From positions 29,915 through 93,914 of the IMG/VR virus record IMGVR_UViG_3300020470_005894: a stretch of 64,000 nt of DNA. The stretch is one strand, 5' to 3'. Below, one piece after another: positions 1 to 8,761 of the stretch. Within the stretch, counting starts at the first letter, position 1; each line of letters begins with the position of its first letter. The notes under the pieces are model-generated. The model searched no databases and was not told where the DNA came from. It worked only from the letters and a program-made list of their open reading frames with translations. The stretch is from a virus. A program made the translations under genes and the position numbers.

Positions 1-266
1 TCCTCTTGTACTTTTGGTAATTCTAAAGTTATATCTGGATCTTGTATCGAGTATATAACTGGTGTGTGATTAACATAATCACGCTTTATCTGATCAGCAA
101 GTGAAATAAGCAGAGGTTCTATTTTTTTTACTTCCTCAACAACTTCCTCACTTTGGGTTTTAGCTTCTACTCGTATTTTAAGCATTCTATTTTCTAATAT
201 CGCGCCAGTAGCTAACCCTAGGCAGAATAAAGATATTCCAAAACCAGTGTACAATAAGGCTTCCAT
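1..266 (-). CDS. Partial hypothetical membrane-anchored protein (runs off the left edge)
   Basis: Hand translation from ATG at 266: MEALLYTGFGISLFCLGLATGAILENRMLKIRVEAKTQSEE..., open to position 1, with an N-terminal hydrophobic helix. Not in the ORF track. Confidence 0.55.
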   Translation of the reverse strand, partial: MEALLYTGFGISLFCLGLATGAILENRMLKIRVEAKTQSEEVVEEVKKIEPLLISLADQIKRDYVNHTPVIYSIQDPDITLELPKVQE

Positions 267-299
267 AGCTACTAATAACTAGTGATAAAACTAAAATTT

Positions 300-324
300 G
301 AGGCCTCTGTAAACCCAGGCCTCC
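300..324 (-). terminator. Stem-loop downstream of SSB gene (possible terminator or processing site)
   Basis: Minus strand GAGGCCT-gggtttacag-AGGCCTC followed by aaatttt, just after the SSB stop codon. Confidence 0.4.
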
Positions 325-340
325 CTGCGGTGGAGGAGCG

Positions 341-1084
341 TTAGCTAAGCAATTCAGCGAAAGCTTGGTCGACAGCACTACCATCAGTTGTACCATTATA
401 CTTGGATGATTCGTTTGACACGCTCTCGGCATCACTCTCCGAGAGCAGGAACTCATCAAGCATTGCTTGCACCTGCTCAGGCGTCTTGCGTTCAAAAACC
501 TCATCAAAGTTAGGAATTTGGTCCAAGAAAGTAGCTACCTCGTCTTGACTCTTCATCATTGGAGATGGCTTACGACGCGGTGTGATAGTCGTCTGTGGAA
601 ACTGCGCTCCAGCTGGCTTACCATAATTAATTGTAAGATCTGTCCCTTCAGCAACATCGGTGATATCACCATACTCGGGATTTAGTACTAGATTCAATAG
701 CTCCTTATAGGCAGTCTTTCCAAAGCCCCATAGACGTACGCCCTTCTCTTCTTCTCCACGAACAAGAACTGGAGCGAAGAAGCGTTGACGAGCGGAAAGA
801 TCCTTTGCCATCTTGATGGACTCATCTGTACCATCCTTATAAAGTTGACGGACAAAGTCGTTCAACGGATCATCTTCACCAAAATTTTTCTTTGGACTAA
901 GAAAACCAGCGTTCTTGCCTAGGTTGTAATGAAACCAGTATTCCTTAAATGGATCACCGTCAGGAGTTGGTACGATACGAATCGTCTGCTCTCCGTCCTC
1001 AGGGCGCCAAAAAACACTCTGTCCATTCCCGCGATTTTCCAAGGCATCGCGCTTTGCCTTCATCTTTGCTAAATCAATACCCAT
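341..1084 (-). CDS. Single-stranded DNA-binding protein, T4 gp32-like
   Basis: FWRP...IRIVP, GVRLWGFGK, YGDITD..EGTDL motifs and an acidic C-terminal tail ending DQAFAELLS. SD AAGGAG upstream. Confidence 0.85.
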   Translation of the reverse strand: MGIDLAKMKAKRDALENRGNGQSVFWRPEDGEQTIRIVPTPDGDPFKEYWFHYNLGKNAGFLSPKKNFGEDDPLNDFVRQLYKDGTDESIKMAKDLSARQRFFAPVLVRGEEEKGVRLWGFGKTAYKELLNLVLNPEYGDITDVAEGTDLTINYGKPAGAQFPQTTITPRRKPSPMMKSQDEVATFLDQIPNFDEVFERKTPEQVQAMLDEFLLSESDAESVSNESSKYNGTTDGSAVDQAFAELLS

Positions 1085-1181
1085 TGTATTTTCTCCTTTT
1101 TGCTTTTAGCTATAGTACAGTCGGCCAATCTCCCGACCGTCTGTTAATAGAATAAAAACCGTCTTTAATAAGTAAAATAAT

Positions 1182-2015
1182 TTATTCTACTTTTTGTTCT
1201 TGAATAAAAGACGCATGCTGCACGGTATATACGTAATCGTGCTCATAAGTTGTAGAATAAATGGCAAAGCCAGCGTCGTTCTTATCTGAAGAAGCTTCTT
1301 TTACAAAAGACCTTATCTTATGTAAGATATTCTTATCTTCTTCAAGTGTTTTTTCGTTTATACCATAAAAATAATTTTTTGTACGCGCAAATTTTAAATC
1401 ATAAAAAAGCTTTTCACTGCCAGTTTCGTAGTTTACAACGCCAAAAGTTGAAATTCTAGCAGTTTCTGGCTCCTTAGAGACAGATGTCAATAGCGGCTCA
1501 TTGTTTTCAAAAACATTGATCATATTATACGTGCTTGAAATAACATTGTTGATGTCTTTCCAGTAGTCTTTAATTGATATATTTTCCACTATTTCTTCTA
1601 CTAAATTATTTGAAACCACATACATCTTCTTCAACAACGCAGATCTGGCGTAGTTTTGCAAAATATTAAATGTAACATTACATTTAAGCTTCTCTTCGTT
1701 AGACATTTGACTAATATCAGGCTTTATAAACAAAACGGTTGTAGGTTCGCTTTTAATTTGTTCAAGGAGACGCAGAGCGCACCCACTTATGTTTCCGCTA
1801 CCACACATTATGAGAGTTGTGTCTCCCTTACATTTTGATAAACTTAACTTTTTATAGTTTTTTTCATAATCTTCATGAGAATTTTGATACTTAACCGGCA
1901 GAAATGTATCATACCCCTTGTTTTCTGTGTCAACACAAAAAACCTTATATTGTTCATAATTTTTAAAATTATTAGCTATTTGACAGCCAGCGTTTCCTAA
2001 TCCTATAATATTCAT
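1182..2015 (-). CDS. Divergent tubulin/FtsZ-family protein (PhuZ/TubZ-like)
   Basis: N-terminal IIGLGNAGCQIA loop, VDT, degenerate signature CGSGNISG (canonical GGGTGSG), VVSN and later INNVIS helix consistent with the tubulin GTPase fold. Confidence 0.65.
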   Translation of the reverse strand: MNIIGLGNAGCQIANNFKNYEQYKVFCVDTENKGYDTFLPVKYQNSHEDYEKNYKKLSLSKCKGDTTLIMCGSGNISGCALRLLEQIKSEPTTVLFIKPDISQMSNEEKLKCNVTFNILQNYARSALLKKMYVVSNNLVEEIVENISIKDYWKDINNVISSTYNMINVFENNEPLLTSVSKEPETARISTFGVVNYETGSEKLFYDLKFARTKNYFYGINEKTLEEDKNILHKIRSFVKEASSDKNDAGFAIYSTTYEHDYVYTVQHASFIQEQKVE

Positions 2016-3190
2016 TTAACTTCCCTCATAACACCAAAATTCTTTCCTATTCGTAAATTTGTTTTAATTTTGCCCAGCTTTGTATCTCCAAACTGCTGTA
2101 AGATCTCTTCAACTAGTGGTCGATCTTCCAGAGAATAATCAAGCACTAGGCTATCGTGCACACAAAAAGAAACAGTCGATTTTCTATCTGATAGAATTTT
2201 ATTAATTTTCATTGCTGAGTGTAAAAACATATCGCTAGCAGTGCTTTGCACAAGGTAATTAACTGCCTTATCCCTACCAACATCAATATTGCGCCCAAAA
2301 GGCGTATGAACGGCGTTATTGAGATAGTATTTTTCATATAGGCGGTCGCGATCTAAAAATTGATTTAACTTTTTATTTTTAGCTTGGGGGTTATAAAGCC
2401 ATGCAAATACTTTTTTCTTTGCTTGTTCGCGAGTATACTTCCCAGCAAAAATATTTTCAGAAATCCACTGATGAATATCTTCAGCGGGCTGGTCTTGTCC
2501 CAAAAGATAAAATAGAACTCTGATCTCTGCAGCATTGTAGTCCAACTCAATAAAACAGTCATTTGTAGGCTTAATTGCTCTTCTAAGGCTCTTGTTGAGA
2601 GTAAGAATAGGAAAACTATTTTTATTTGTAGTCAAACGACCTGTCACTGTACCAAAGGCGTTATAACTAATAAAAGGCGGTGAGCTTTTTATTTTTTGTA
2701 CAACTTTCCTTACCGCACTTTCCGACATGTCTAGATTGTGTAAATCTATATTTAATTTTTGTTTCTCAAGGACCTTTAAGAAAATTATTAAATCATACAA
2801 AAAATCATGATTTTCAGGTTTTTTTTCCTCTTTAAATACATGTTCAGTAATCTGATTTTTTACTTCAAAAAACTCCAGTAAAAACCAATCAGGCATTAAA
2901 TCATAAAAACATATATCTTGTAAATTAATTTTACTTTTTTGGAATGAATTTAGAAAAGCAGATGCCTTTTTGTTTAAGGCCAGCCAATATGGCTTCAAGT
3001 CCTCTGGGCAACAATCATCTAGTGTTTTGCCCATAGACCATATAATGCCACAATCGTAACGCTCATTGGCAAAATTAGATGCAGGAAACCAAGTTCGTGT
3101 TAAATTTAAATCCTCGCTAGCTTCTTTAATTTCACCGTCGACATACACACTGGTACATTGATTTTTATTATCAAGAACTTGAAAAAGCAA
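2012..3190 (-). CDS. Minimal family A DNA polymerase (polymerase core only), TTG start
   Basis: TVTGRL, motif A ELDYNAAEIRVL, motif B-like REQAKKKVFAWLY, AVNYLVQSTASD, motif C VHDSLV. Only 392 aa. Confidence 0.85.
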   Translation of the reverse strand: MLFQVLDNKNQCTSVYVDGEIKEASEDLNLTRTWFPASNFANERYDCGIIWSMGKTLDDCCPEDLKPYWLALNKKASAFLNSFQKSKINLQDICFYDLMPDWFLLEFFEVKNQITEHVFKEEKKPENHDFLYDLIIFLKVLEKQKLNIDLHNLDMSESAVRKVVQKIKSSPPFISYNAFGTVTGRLTTNKNSFPILTLNKSLRRAIKPTNDCFIELDYNAAEIRVLFYLLGQDQPAEDIHQWISENIFAGKYTREQAKKKVFAWLYNPQAKNKKLNQFLDRDRLYEKYYLNNAVHTPFGRNIDVGRDKAVNYLVQSTASDMFLHSAMKINKILSDRKSTVSFCVHDSLVLDYSLEDRPLVEEILQQFGDTKLGKIKTNLRIGKNFGVMREVK

Positions 3191-3197
3191 TTTTTCC

Positions 3198-4508
3198 TCA
3201 TTTTATGTTTTTTGTAGCAGTTACAGAGTGCTGTACTAGATTTGGCTCAGACGCCACGTCGAGTGCTTGTCGGCGAATTCGCTGATATTCACTTTCTTTA
3301 ACACCATGCCAATATGATCCTTTCATGTTAAAGGTAGTTACGTTAAATCCTTTTGTCAAATTATTAATATATTCTAAAGCAGCTTCGGGGCCAAAAAGTC
3401 TTTTATTATCAAGCATTTCATTAACAAAAAAATTAAAATTTTGATTCGTATGAGGCCTTTCTGCTTCCATTAACCTTAGCTTAAGGACAATTTTCAACCA
3501 GTATTCATAATAGGCTTCTCCAGATAACTCTAGAGGTGGATTTCTAGGCTTTCTATCACTTATAACTCTTAAATCTCGTGTGTCTTCTCTCTTTACGCAC
3601 TTAACATAATCCACTACTTCATAAGTGGCAAATTGTTTGTAAAAGCTATCATAAAGAGAGAAAAATAAATTTCTTAAATTTAACATCTCCTCTAAATGTG
3701 CCTTTCTGTAATAATATTTAAATACATTATCATAGCTAACCCCAAAGCGATCCATAAATCTTTGAGCGCCCGTTACGTTTGGGCGGTCTTTTTGCCCTGA
3801 GGCCAAATTAAAAACTAGTCGCCATGGCGCGTTTTTATCAATCATGAAACCAAACTTCTTAGCTTCGTTTGAGAAAAAAACGAAATTTGGGTCTTTTACA
3901 TAACTTAAGATCCTAGCATTCGTTGGCAGCCCATGTCTTTCGCGTGCTATCTCTATCATCAAACCACTTATAAAAGGGCTGCAGTGATTTGATAAAATAT
4001 ATCCAGTTTTCGTTACAGGAAAGTATTTTGCATTTCTTATCGCATAGCGCATGAACTCTTTTATAAATGAAAATTGATCTGTTATAGTTGCATGCCTCCT
4101 ATCAACCTGAAGATAGTTACTAACAAAATCTGTGTAAAGGTTATTAATATGTTGATTATAGTTGTATTCTAAATCGCCATGACCCCAAGCTTTCTCTACT
4201 TTTAAATTAGTTGGAAAAACACCATTGTTATCTAGCATGTTGCCATTTGCAGCCTTTCTCACATTTTTTCGAAAATCTTCAAAAGCTTCTGAAACAAAAT
4301 CTGCAGCAAAATGTGTGCCACGTGCGCCACCATAAATTTGTTTTAAATTACCATCGTCTAAATAAACAGCGTCGCCATCATTGTCTATCCTACCATAAAA
4401 TAAATGCTCACGCTCTAAATCAAAATTTACCACACCAGCAAGACGCGGATAAAAATCATTCAAATTATTTTTAGAATTAAAAATTGATTCTGTAATATTC
4501 TTTGACAT
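3198..4508 (-). CDS. Hypothetical protein (possibly virion/baseplate associated)
   Basis: 436-aa ORF coupled to the upstream hub-like gene; no motif recognised. Confidence 0.6.
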   Translation of the reverse strand: MSKNITESIFNSKNNLNDFYPRLAGVVNFDLEREHLFYGRIDNDGDAVYLDDGNLKQIYGGARGTHFAADFVSEAFEDFRKNVRKAANGNMLDNNGVFPTNLKVEKAWGHGDLEYNYNQHINNLYTDFVSNYLQVDRRHATITDQFSFIKEFMRYAIRNAKYFPVTKTGYILSNHCSPFISGLMIEIARERHGLPTNARILSYVKDPNFVFFSNEAKKFGFMIDKNAPWRLVFNLASGQKDRPNVTGAQRFMDRFGVSYDNVFKYYYRKAHLEEMLNLRNLFFSLYDSFYKQFATYEVVDYVKCVKREDTRDLRVISDRKPRNPPLELSGEAYYEYWLKIVLKLRLMEAERPHTNQNFNFFVNEMLDNKRLFGPEAALEYINNLTKGFNVTTFNMKGSYWHGVKESEYQRIRRQALDVASEPNLVQHSVTATKNIK

Positions 4509-7447
4509 TATCTAGGTTTCCCAGGTGTTTGCTGCCAGCCGGTAACTTTTGTTGTGTATGTCCCAGCGCTAAAAGTATTAGTAACAGTGCCAATCAAATG
4601 ATAACCACCTAAATTCATTTGATACGCTAAAGAGGACGCGTCTTCAACACTACCTAAGCCAGCCATGCTTGGATTGACATAATAGAACATTCCAGGTGTA
4701 AATAAGCTATTACCCACCAAATCTAGGTTTGTGTGATAAGGAAACTTTAACTGTTCTAGATTGCTTCCGCCATTTTCTATGGCCTCTCTGTATCTTGCCT
4801 CTGCAAGCCCGGGCAAAGCGACTCTTTCAAAATTCATCTTTGTCAATAGGCCGCGGTCGGATCCAATGTTAAAATGGTATATACCATCCTTAAGGTCTTC
4901 ATTTGGATTCCCTCTTCTGTCGCGAAGATTCTTAACTGTAGTAACATATATTAGCAAATAATCATACGAAGTTTTTATCATTGACTCGGAAGATTGTCCT
5001 TGGCCTAAAGCATTTAGATAAAGTTCTTTAAAAACAGGCCCGTCTACGTCAATAGTCCTGTGTAGTGGTAAAAGTTCTTTTGTTTTACCAACCATCCGAC
5101 CACAAATATTTATTGGTGCTTCGTCGGTTTGCCTACCAGGTAGAGCCATGGCAACAATACTAGACATGCTTTTTGGTAGTCTAATGCTGCTAGGCATGCC
5201 AACACCCATAGCAGGAATAACTAAATCATTGATACACTGAGTTAAAAAGTCACCCAAGGGCATCGACGCTCTTTTTTTTCTAATAATTGTTTTTAAAAAC
5301 CATGCTCTGAAATAATTAAAAGATATTGGAAACTGTGCCAAATTAATAGTTTTAATTTTTCCAGTCTTTTCGTCAAAATATTCTATGGGCCCTAATAGTA
5401 TTCTCATGTTGTTCAGGCCATAATTCAACCCAGCATCCTTATTTAGCTCCCCCTTTTTTTTGTTATAGCCATAGTAAGAAGTCTCAGTAAATGGTGGGTA
5501 AGCGCGATCTGATGTTTGCTCTCCAGAATCATTAGTCTGCACAGAGCCATATTGAAAAAATTCGTCTCCCACAGCGTTAGCATCAATCAAATCAAGGGCT
5601 TTAAATCCGGCATTTTTACATGCTAATTCTATTATATCTCCCAGGTAAACAAAATAAAATTTATAATTTTCTCCATCAAAATTTAAAGTCGTTGTTCTGG
5701 AGGGGTCTTTTTTCCTATCGCCAGTATTTTTATCAGTTGAACCAGTTTGATTTTCAGATAGAGCGTTGATATCTTGTGCAACTTCACTCTTTAAATTGGC
5801 ATCTGATGATATCAGCTGGTTACATCTACCAACTTTTATTTGTGGTTGCCCCTTGGGGATTGCAGTGGTGCCACCCTCTAGTATCTGCTGCATCGCTTCT
5901 TCGTAGCTAGCTCCTTGATTAGTCAACGACTCTACTGTTTGCTGTCGCTTAATCGGAGTTTCCTCTATCCCACCTAAATGTTTTATAACTTCATGCTTGG
6001 GTACGTTTATACAAAAAAGCCTAGTTTCTGGAGGTCCGTCGCCTCTCTGATCATTGCCAGTTATTAGTTGGTCAACAAAAGTTTTATATATGTCTTTCTT
6101 GAACATACCAACTCTTCTGCGCGTTATAGCTAGCATCTTATCTGCATTCGCTTTCTGCTTAAACCACAGATATATTTCTTCACCGTCTCCAATAATCTTG
6201 GTGACTCCCTTCCTTTTTGTTGTGGCTGGCCCACCTGCCTCTTCGAAGACAGAGGAGAACACTAAATCGCTTTCTAATACTTCTCTTAGCTTTTTTCTAG
6301 AAGTGCACTTATCATCTTTGCAGCCGGGCTCGTTTAGTTCCTTATAAAACGAGTGGATCATCGAAATTATTTTATAAATATGCGCAGGGTTGTTTTTTGG
6401 ATCTGCTGTTTTGGATATCTGACCTTTCCCTGCCTTTCCCATTCTTCTAGTGTCTTGAAAAATATTAACTTGGTTTGTGCCCACCATGGTCTCTAAGTGG
6501 CCGCGGTAATTGGCAGTAAGTAAGACTTGACCATCTTCTTGTATATCAAGATTGTAATCAACAAGTGTTAACGAAACAATTGTGTTTAATTTTTCAATTT
6601 CATTAACCATTTTTACTTCTTCTGCAGATAAATTTAAGCTTTGTAGTGCCTGCTTCGATGGCGAGGTATACCCCATGAGCACTTTTATGATATAATGTTT
6701 GGGATTGTAAGTTTCAGCGTCCTTGACGTATCTTGAGGGTGGCCATAATATTAAATCAACATATCTTAAGCCTCCTTTTGTAAAATGAGGCTCACCTGGA
6801 GGCTGCGCATTAACGTCTTTCAGAGATTTAAAAATTATACTCATGGAGCACTCTATGTTATTTTCCAATACGCCTAGAGACTCACCGTCTTGTTTGATTG
6901 TAAAAGATTTTAATCCTACATTACGCCAGTTTGGCTTTGTGGTTTCGTGCTTTAGATATTCGCTGACACTTACAACACTACCTAGTCCAAAACTATCTGC
7001 AAATTTAAACTCTTTGTAGCATGGGGTAGGGAGTGGTTCTGTCTTTCCCTGATCTGGGGTACCGTCCTCTGCAAATACTGTTTCTTCGAAGTTCACCTTA
7101 TAAATTCTAACTTTTGGCTGCATGAGGGATAAGACTGTATTCTTAATATTATAAAAAACACCTACATTATCAATGCCTCTTAATTTGTTCACAATTTGCG
7201 TACCATCTCCGTTAACTTGCCTGAAGGTCAAATAATTAAACAAGTCTTTTCTTGAGTTATAAAAATTATTAACTTTATCAATATTTTGACTCAATATGTA
7301 TTGTTCAATGTTGCCGCGATCACGGTTATCATTTGTTAAATTCTTTTTTCTGCGGATCGTCTCCTCAACAGTCAAGCCTTCACCAGGCTTAGATATTGAG
7401 TCTAAATCGCCCGAACCACCGGGGCTTGTTATATCTTTAGAAGCCAT
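4508..7447 (-). CDS. Putative baseplate hub protein (gp27/gpD-like), enlarged
   Basis: C-terminal LVGNSLFTPG...LGGYHLIGTVTNTF...YTTKVTG pattern resembles gpD/gp27 hubs; follows the LysM and tape measure genes. Confidence 0.55.
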   Translation of the reverse strand: MASKDITSPGGSGDLDSISKPGEGLTVEETIRRKKNLTNDNRDRGNIEQYILSQNIDKVNNFYNSRKDLFNYLTFRQVNGDGTQIVNKLRGIDNVGVFYNIKNTVLSLMQPKVRIYKVNFEETVFAEDGTPDQGKTEPLPTPCYKEFKFADSFGLGSVVSVSEYLKHETTKPNWRNVGLKSFTIKQDGESLGVLENNIECSMSIIFKSLKDVNAQPPGEPHFTKGGLRYVDLILWPPSRYVKDAETYNPKHYIIKVLMGYTSPSKQALQSLNLSAEEVKMVNEIEKLNTIVSLTLVDYNLDIQEDGQVLLTANYRGHLETMVGTNQVNIFQDTRRMGKAGKGQISKTADPKNNPAHIYKIISMIHSFYKELNEPGCKDDKCTSRKKLREVLESDLVFSSVFEEAGGPATTKRKGVTKIIGDGEEIYLWFKQKANADKMLAITRRRVGMFKKDIYKTFVDQLITGNDQRGDGPPETRLFCINVPKHEVIKHLGGIEETPIKRQQTVESLTNQGASYEEAMQQILEGGTTAIPKGQPQIKVGRCNQLISSDANLKSEVAQDINALSENQTGSTDKNTGDRKKDPSRTTTLNFDGENYKFYFVYLGDIIELACKNAGFKALDLIDANAVGDEFFQYGSVQTNDSGEQTSDRAYPPFTETSYYGYNKKKGELNKDAGLNYGLNNMRILLGPIEYFDEKTGKIKTINLAQFPISFNYFRAWFLKTIIRKKRASMPLGDFLTQCINDLVIPAMGVGMPSSIRLPKSMSSIVAMALPGRQTDEAPINICGRMVGKTKELLPLHRTIDVDGPVFKELYLNALGQGQSSESMIKTSYDYLLIYVTTVKNLRDRRGNPNEDLKDGIYHFNIGSDRGLLTKMNFERVALPGLAEARYREAIENGGSNLEQLKFPYHTNLDLVGNSLFTPGMFYYVNPSMAGLGSVEDASSLAYQMNLGGYHLIGTVTNTFSAGTYTTKVTGWQQTPGKPR

Positions 7448-7449
7448 CT

Positions 7450-7785
7450 TTAATATCCTATGCAGTATAAAATTGATTCTAGCGGAGTTGGAATGTAAAT
7501 CACTTGCCCTATTTCAAGGTCAAACTCAGTGGGCTTTTGATTGTAGAAGGCAATAACCCACCACATTGTTGGATCTCCATAATATTCGTCTGCTAACTTA
7601 AAAAACCTATCGCCCGTGCTCCAAATATATTTAACAGTTGTAAAATCTTCTCGGGCTTGCAAATCTGTAGGGTAGAACATTTTTGGTGTATTATATTGAC
7701 GTACACTCTCCAAGCCTCTTTTTTTTAAATAACTTTTGTATGTCTCAACGTCATTGATGAAAACTCTTTGATTTTTGTGCCTCAT
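7450..7785 (-). CDS. LysM-like baseplate protein (gp53/tail protein X-like)
   Basis: GDRFFKLADEYYGDPTMWWVIAFYN...GQVIYIP LysM-type motif; canonical position. Confidence 0.8.
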   Translation of the reverse strand: MRHKNQRVFINDVETYKSYLKKRGLESVRQYNTPKMFYPTDLQAREDFTTVKYIWSTGDRFFKLADEYYGDPTMWWVIAFYNQKPTEFDLEIGQVIYIPTPLESILYCIGY

Positions 7786-7796
7786 CTCAATCTCCT

Positions 7797-8741
7797 TTAA
7801 ATATTAGACTGCTCTATTCCAACGTTAGCACTGGTATCATTTATAACTGTTGTCCCTGTTTGACTTTGTTGCGCCTCAGGACTACCAGGTAGCGCACTAT
7901 TATCTGCAGTATTAACTGCTGCATCCTCTTGGACCCTGCCTGTTTCAGACGCGCTTTGATAGTCTTGTGTATCGCGCACCAATCCAAATTTGTATGGAAA
8001 ACCTGGAGCACGATGGCCGCCGCGCCAATTACCAGTTTGATGATCCCACCCAGCTGAAAAATCGTTAATAATCTCCATGTTAACAGTTAGCTTAATCACT
8101 TTAGGAATTAAGATGCGCTCACCCTCTCGTACAATATTATCAAAACCAGCTGATTTAATTAAACTTCCAGCTGTGTTTCCTCCACCTGCGGCCATGCCTG
8201 CTGGCACTGCGCCTATAAAACCTTCGCGGTGGTCGTGTGCGACGCGTACGCTTCTTATGACACAAAGAGCGCCGACACCTCCGGCCGCTGTTGACATGAT
8301 TAGATTTGCATATCTTACCCTAAAGAGTGGAGAAGCGGAAACTGATGTTGCAGACAAACTATCTTTATAGGATGGATATAGCGAAGCTAATAGCCAACTT
8401 AAGTTATTTAGGTTGTCCAGACCCTTAGAGATAGAACTAGAGGGTATTGTAAATCCTAAATTCATAGTTCTTGAGTTGCCTTGCCATACATGATATCTGT
8501 CGTTTCTACCGAATGGCTGCTCAGACTTATATTGCACGTTATAGCTATCGCCTAAAGTTGACACATAAGCCAAAAACTGTATTATAGGTGGATTTTTTAT
8601 ATGAACTGGTATTATCTCCAACACTGCGCCGCTTTGTGCAGCGCTGCTATTAATAAAGTCACGTTTTTTAAACTTAACATTCTGAAACTTATTTTTAGCG
8701 CCGTCGTATCCTGCTATTTCTGATTGAAAAAATTTAGGCAT
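7797..8741 (-). CDS. Putative tail tube initiator/baseplate protein (gp48/gp54-like)
   Basis: Sits between tape measure and LysM genes; FGR...W.GNSRTMNLGF and LYPSY...SPLFRVRYANL pattern. Confidence 0.5.
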   Translation of the reverse strand: MPKFFQSEIAGYDGAKNKFQNVKFKKRDFINSSAAQSGAVLEIIPVHIKNPPIIQFLAYVSTLGDSYNVQYKSEQPFGRNDRYHVWQGNSRTMNLGFTIPSSSISKGLDNLNNLSWLLASLYPSYKDSLSATSVSASPLFRVRYANLIMSTAAGGVGALCVIRSVRVAHDHREGFIGAVPAGMAAGGGNTAGSLIKSAGFDNIVREGERILIPKVIKLTVNMEIINDFSAGWDHQTGNWRGGHRAPGFPYKFGLVRDTQDYQSASETGRVQEDAAVNTADNSALPGSPEAQQSQTGTTVINDTSANVGIEQSNI

Positions 8742-8761
8742 TATATTTTATTCCTTTTTTA

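Noticed and set aside
187-507. 106-aa minus-strand ORF overlapping the SSB end
   Set aside because: Out of frame within the SSB gene and runs across its hairpin; the ORF starting at 266 is a better candidate.
1182-2015. Nucleus-forming (chimallin) jumbo phage implied by the tubulin
   Set aside because: Structural genes are T4-like and no chimallin or multisubunit RNA polymerase was recognised in this window.
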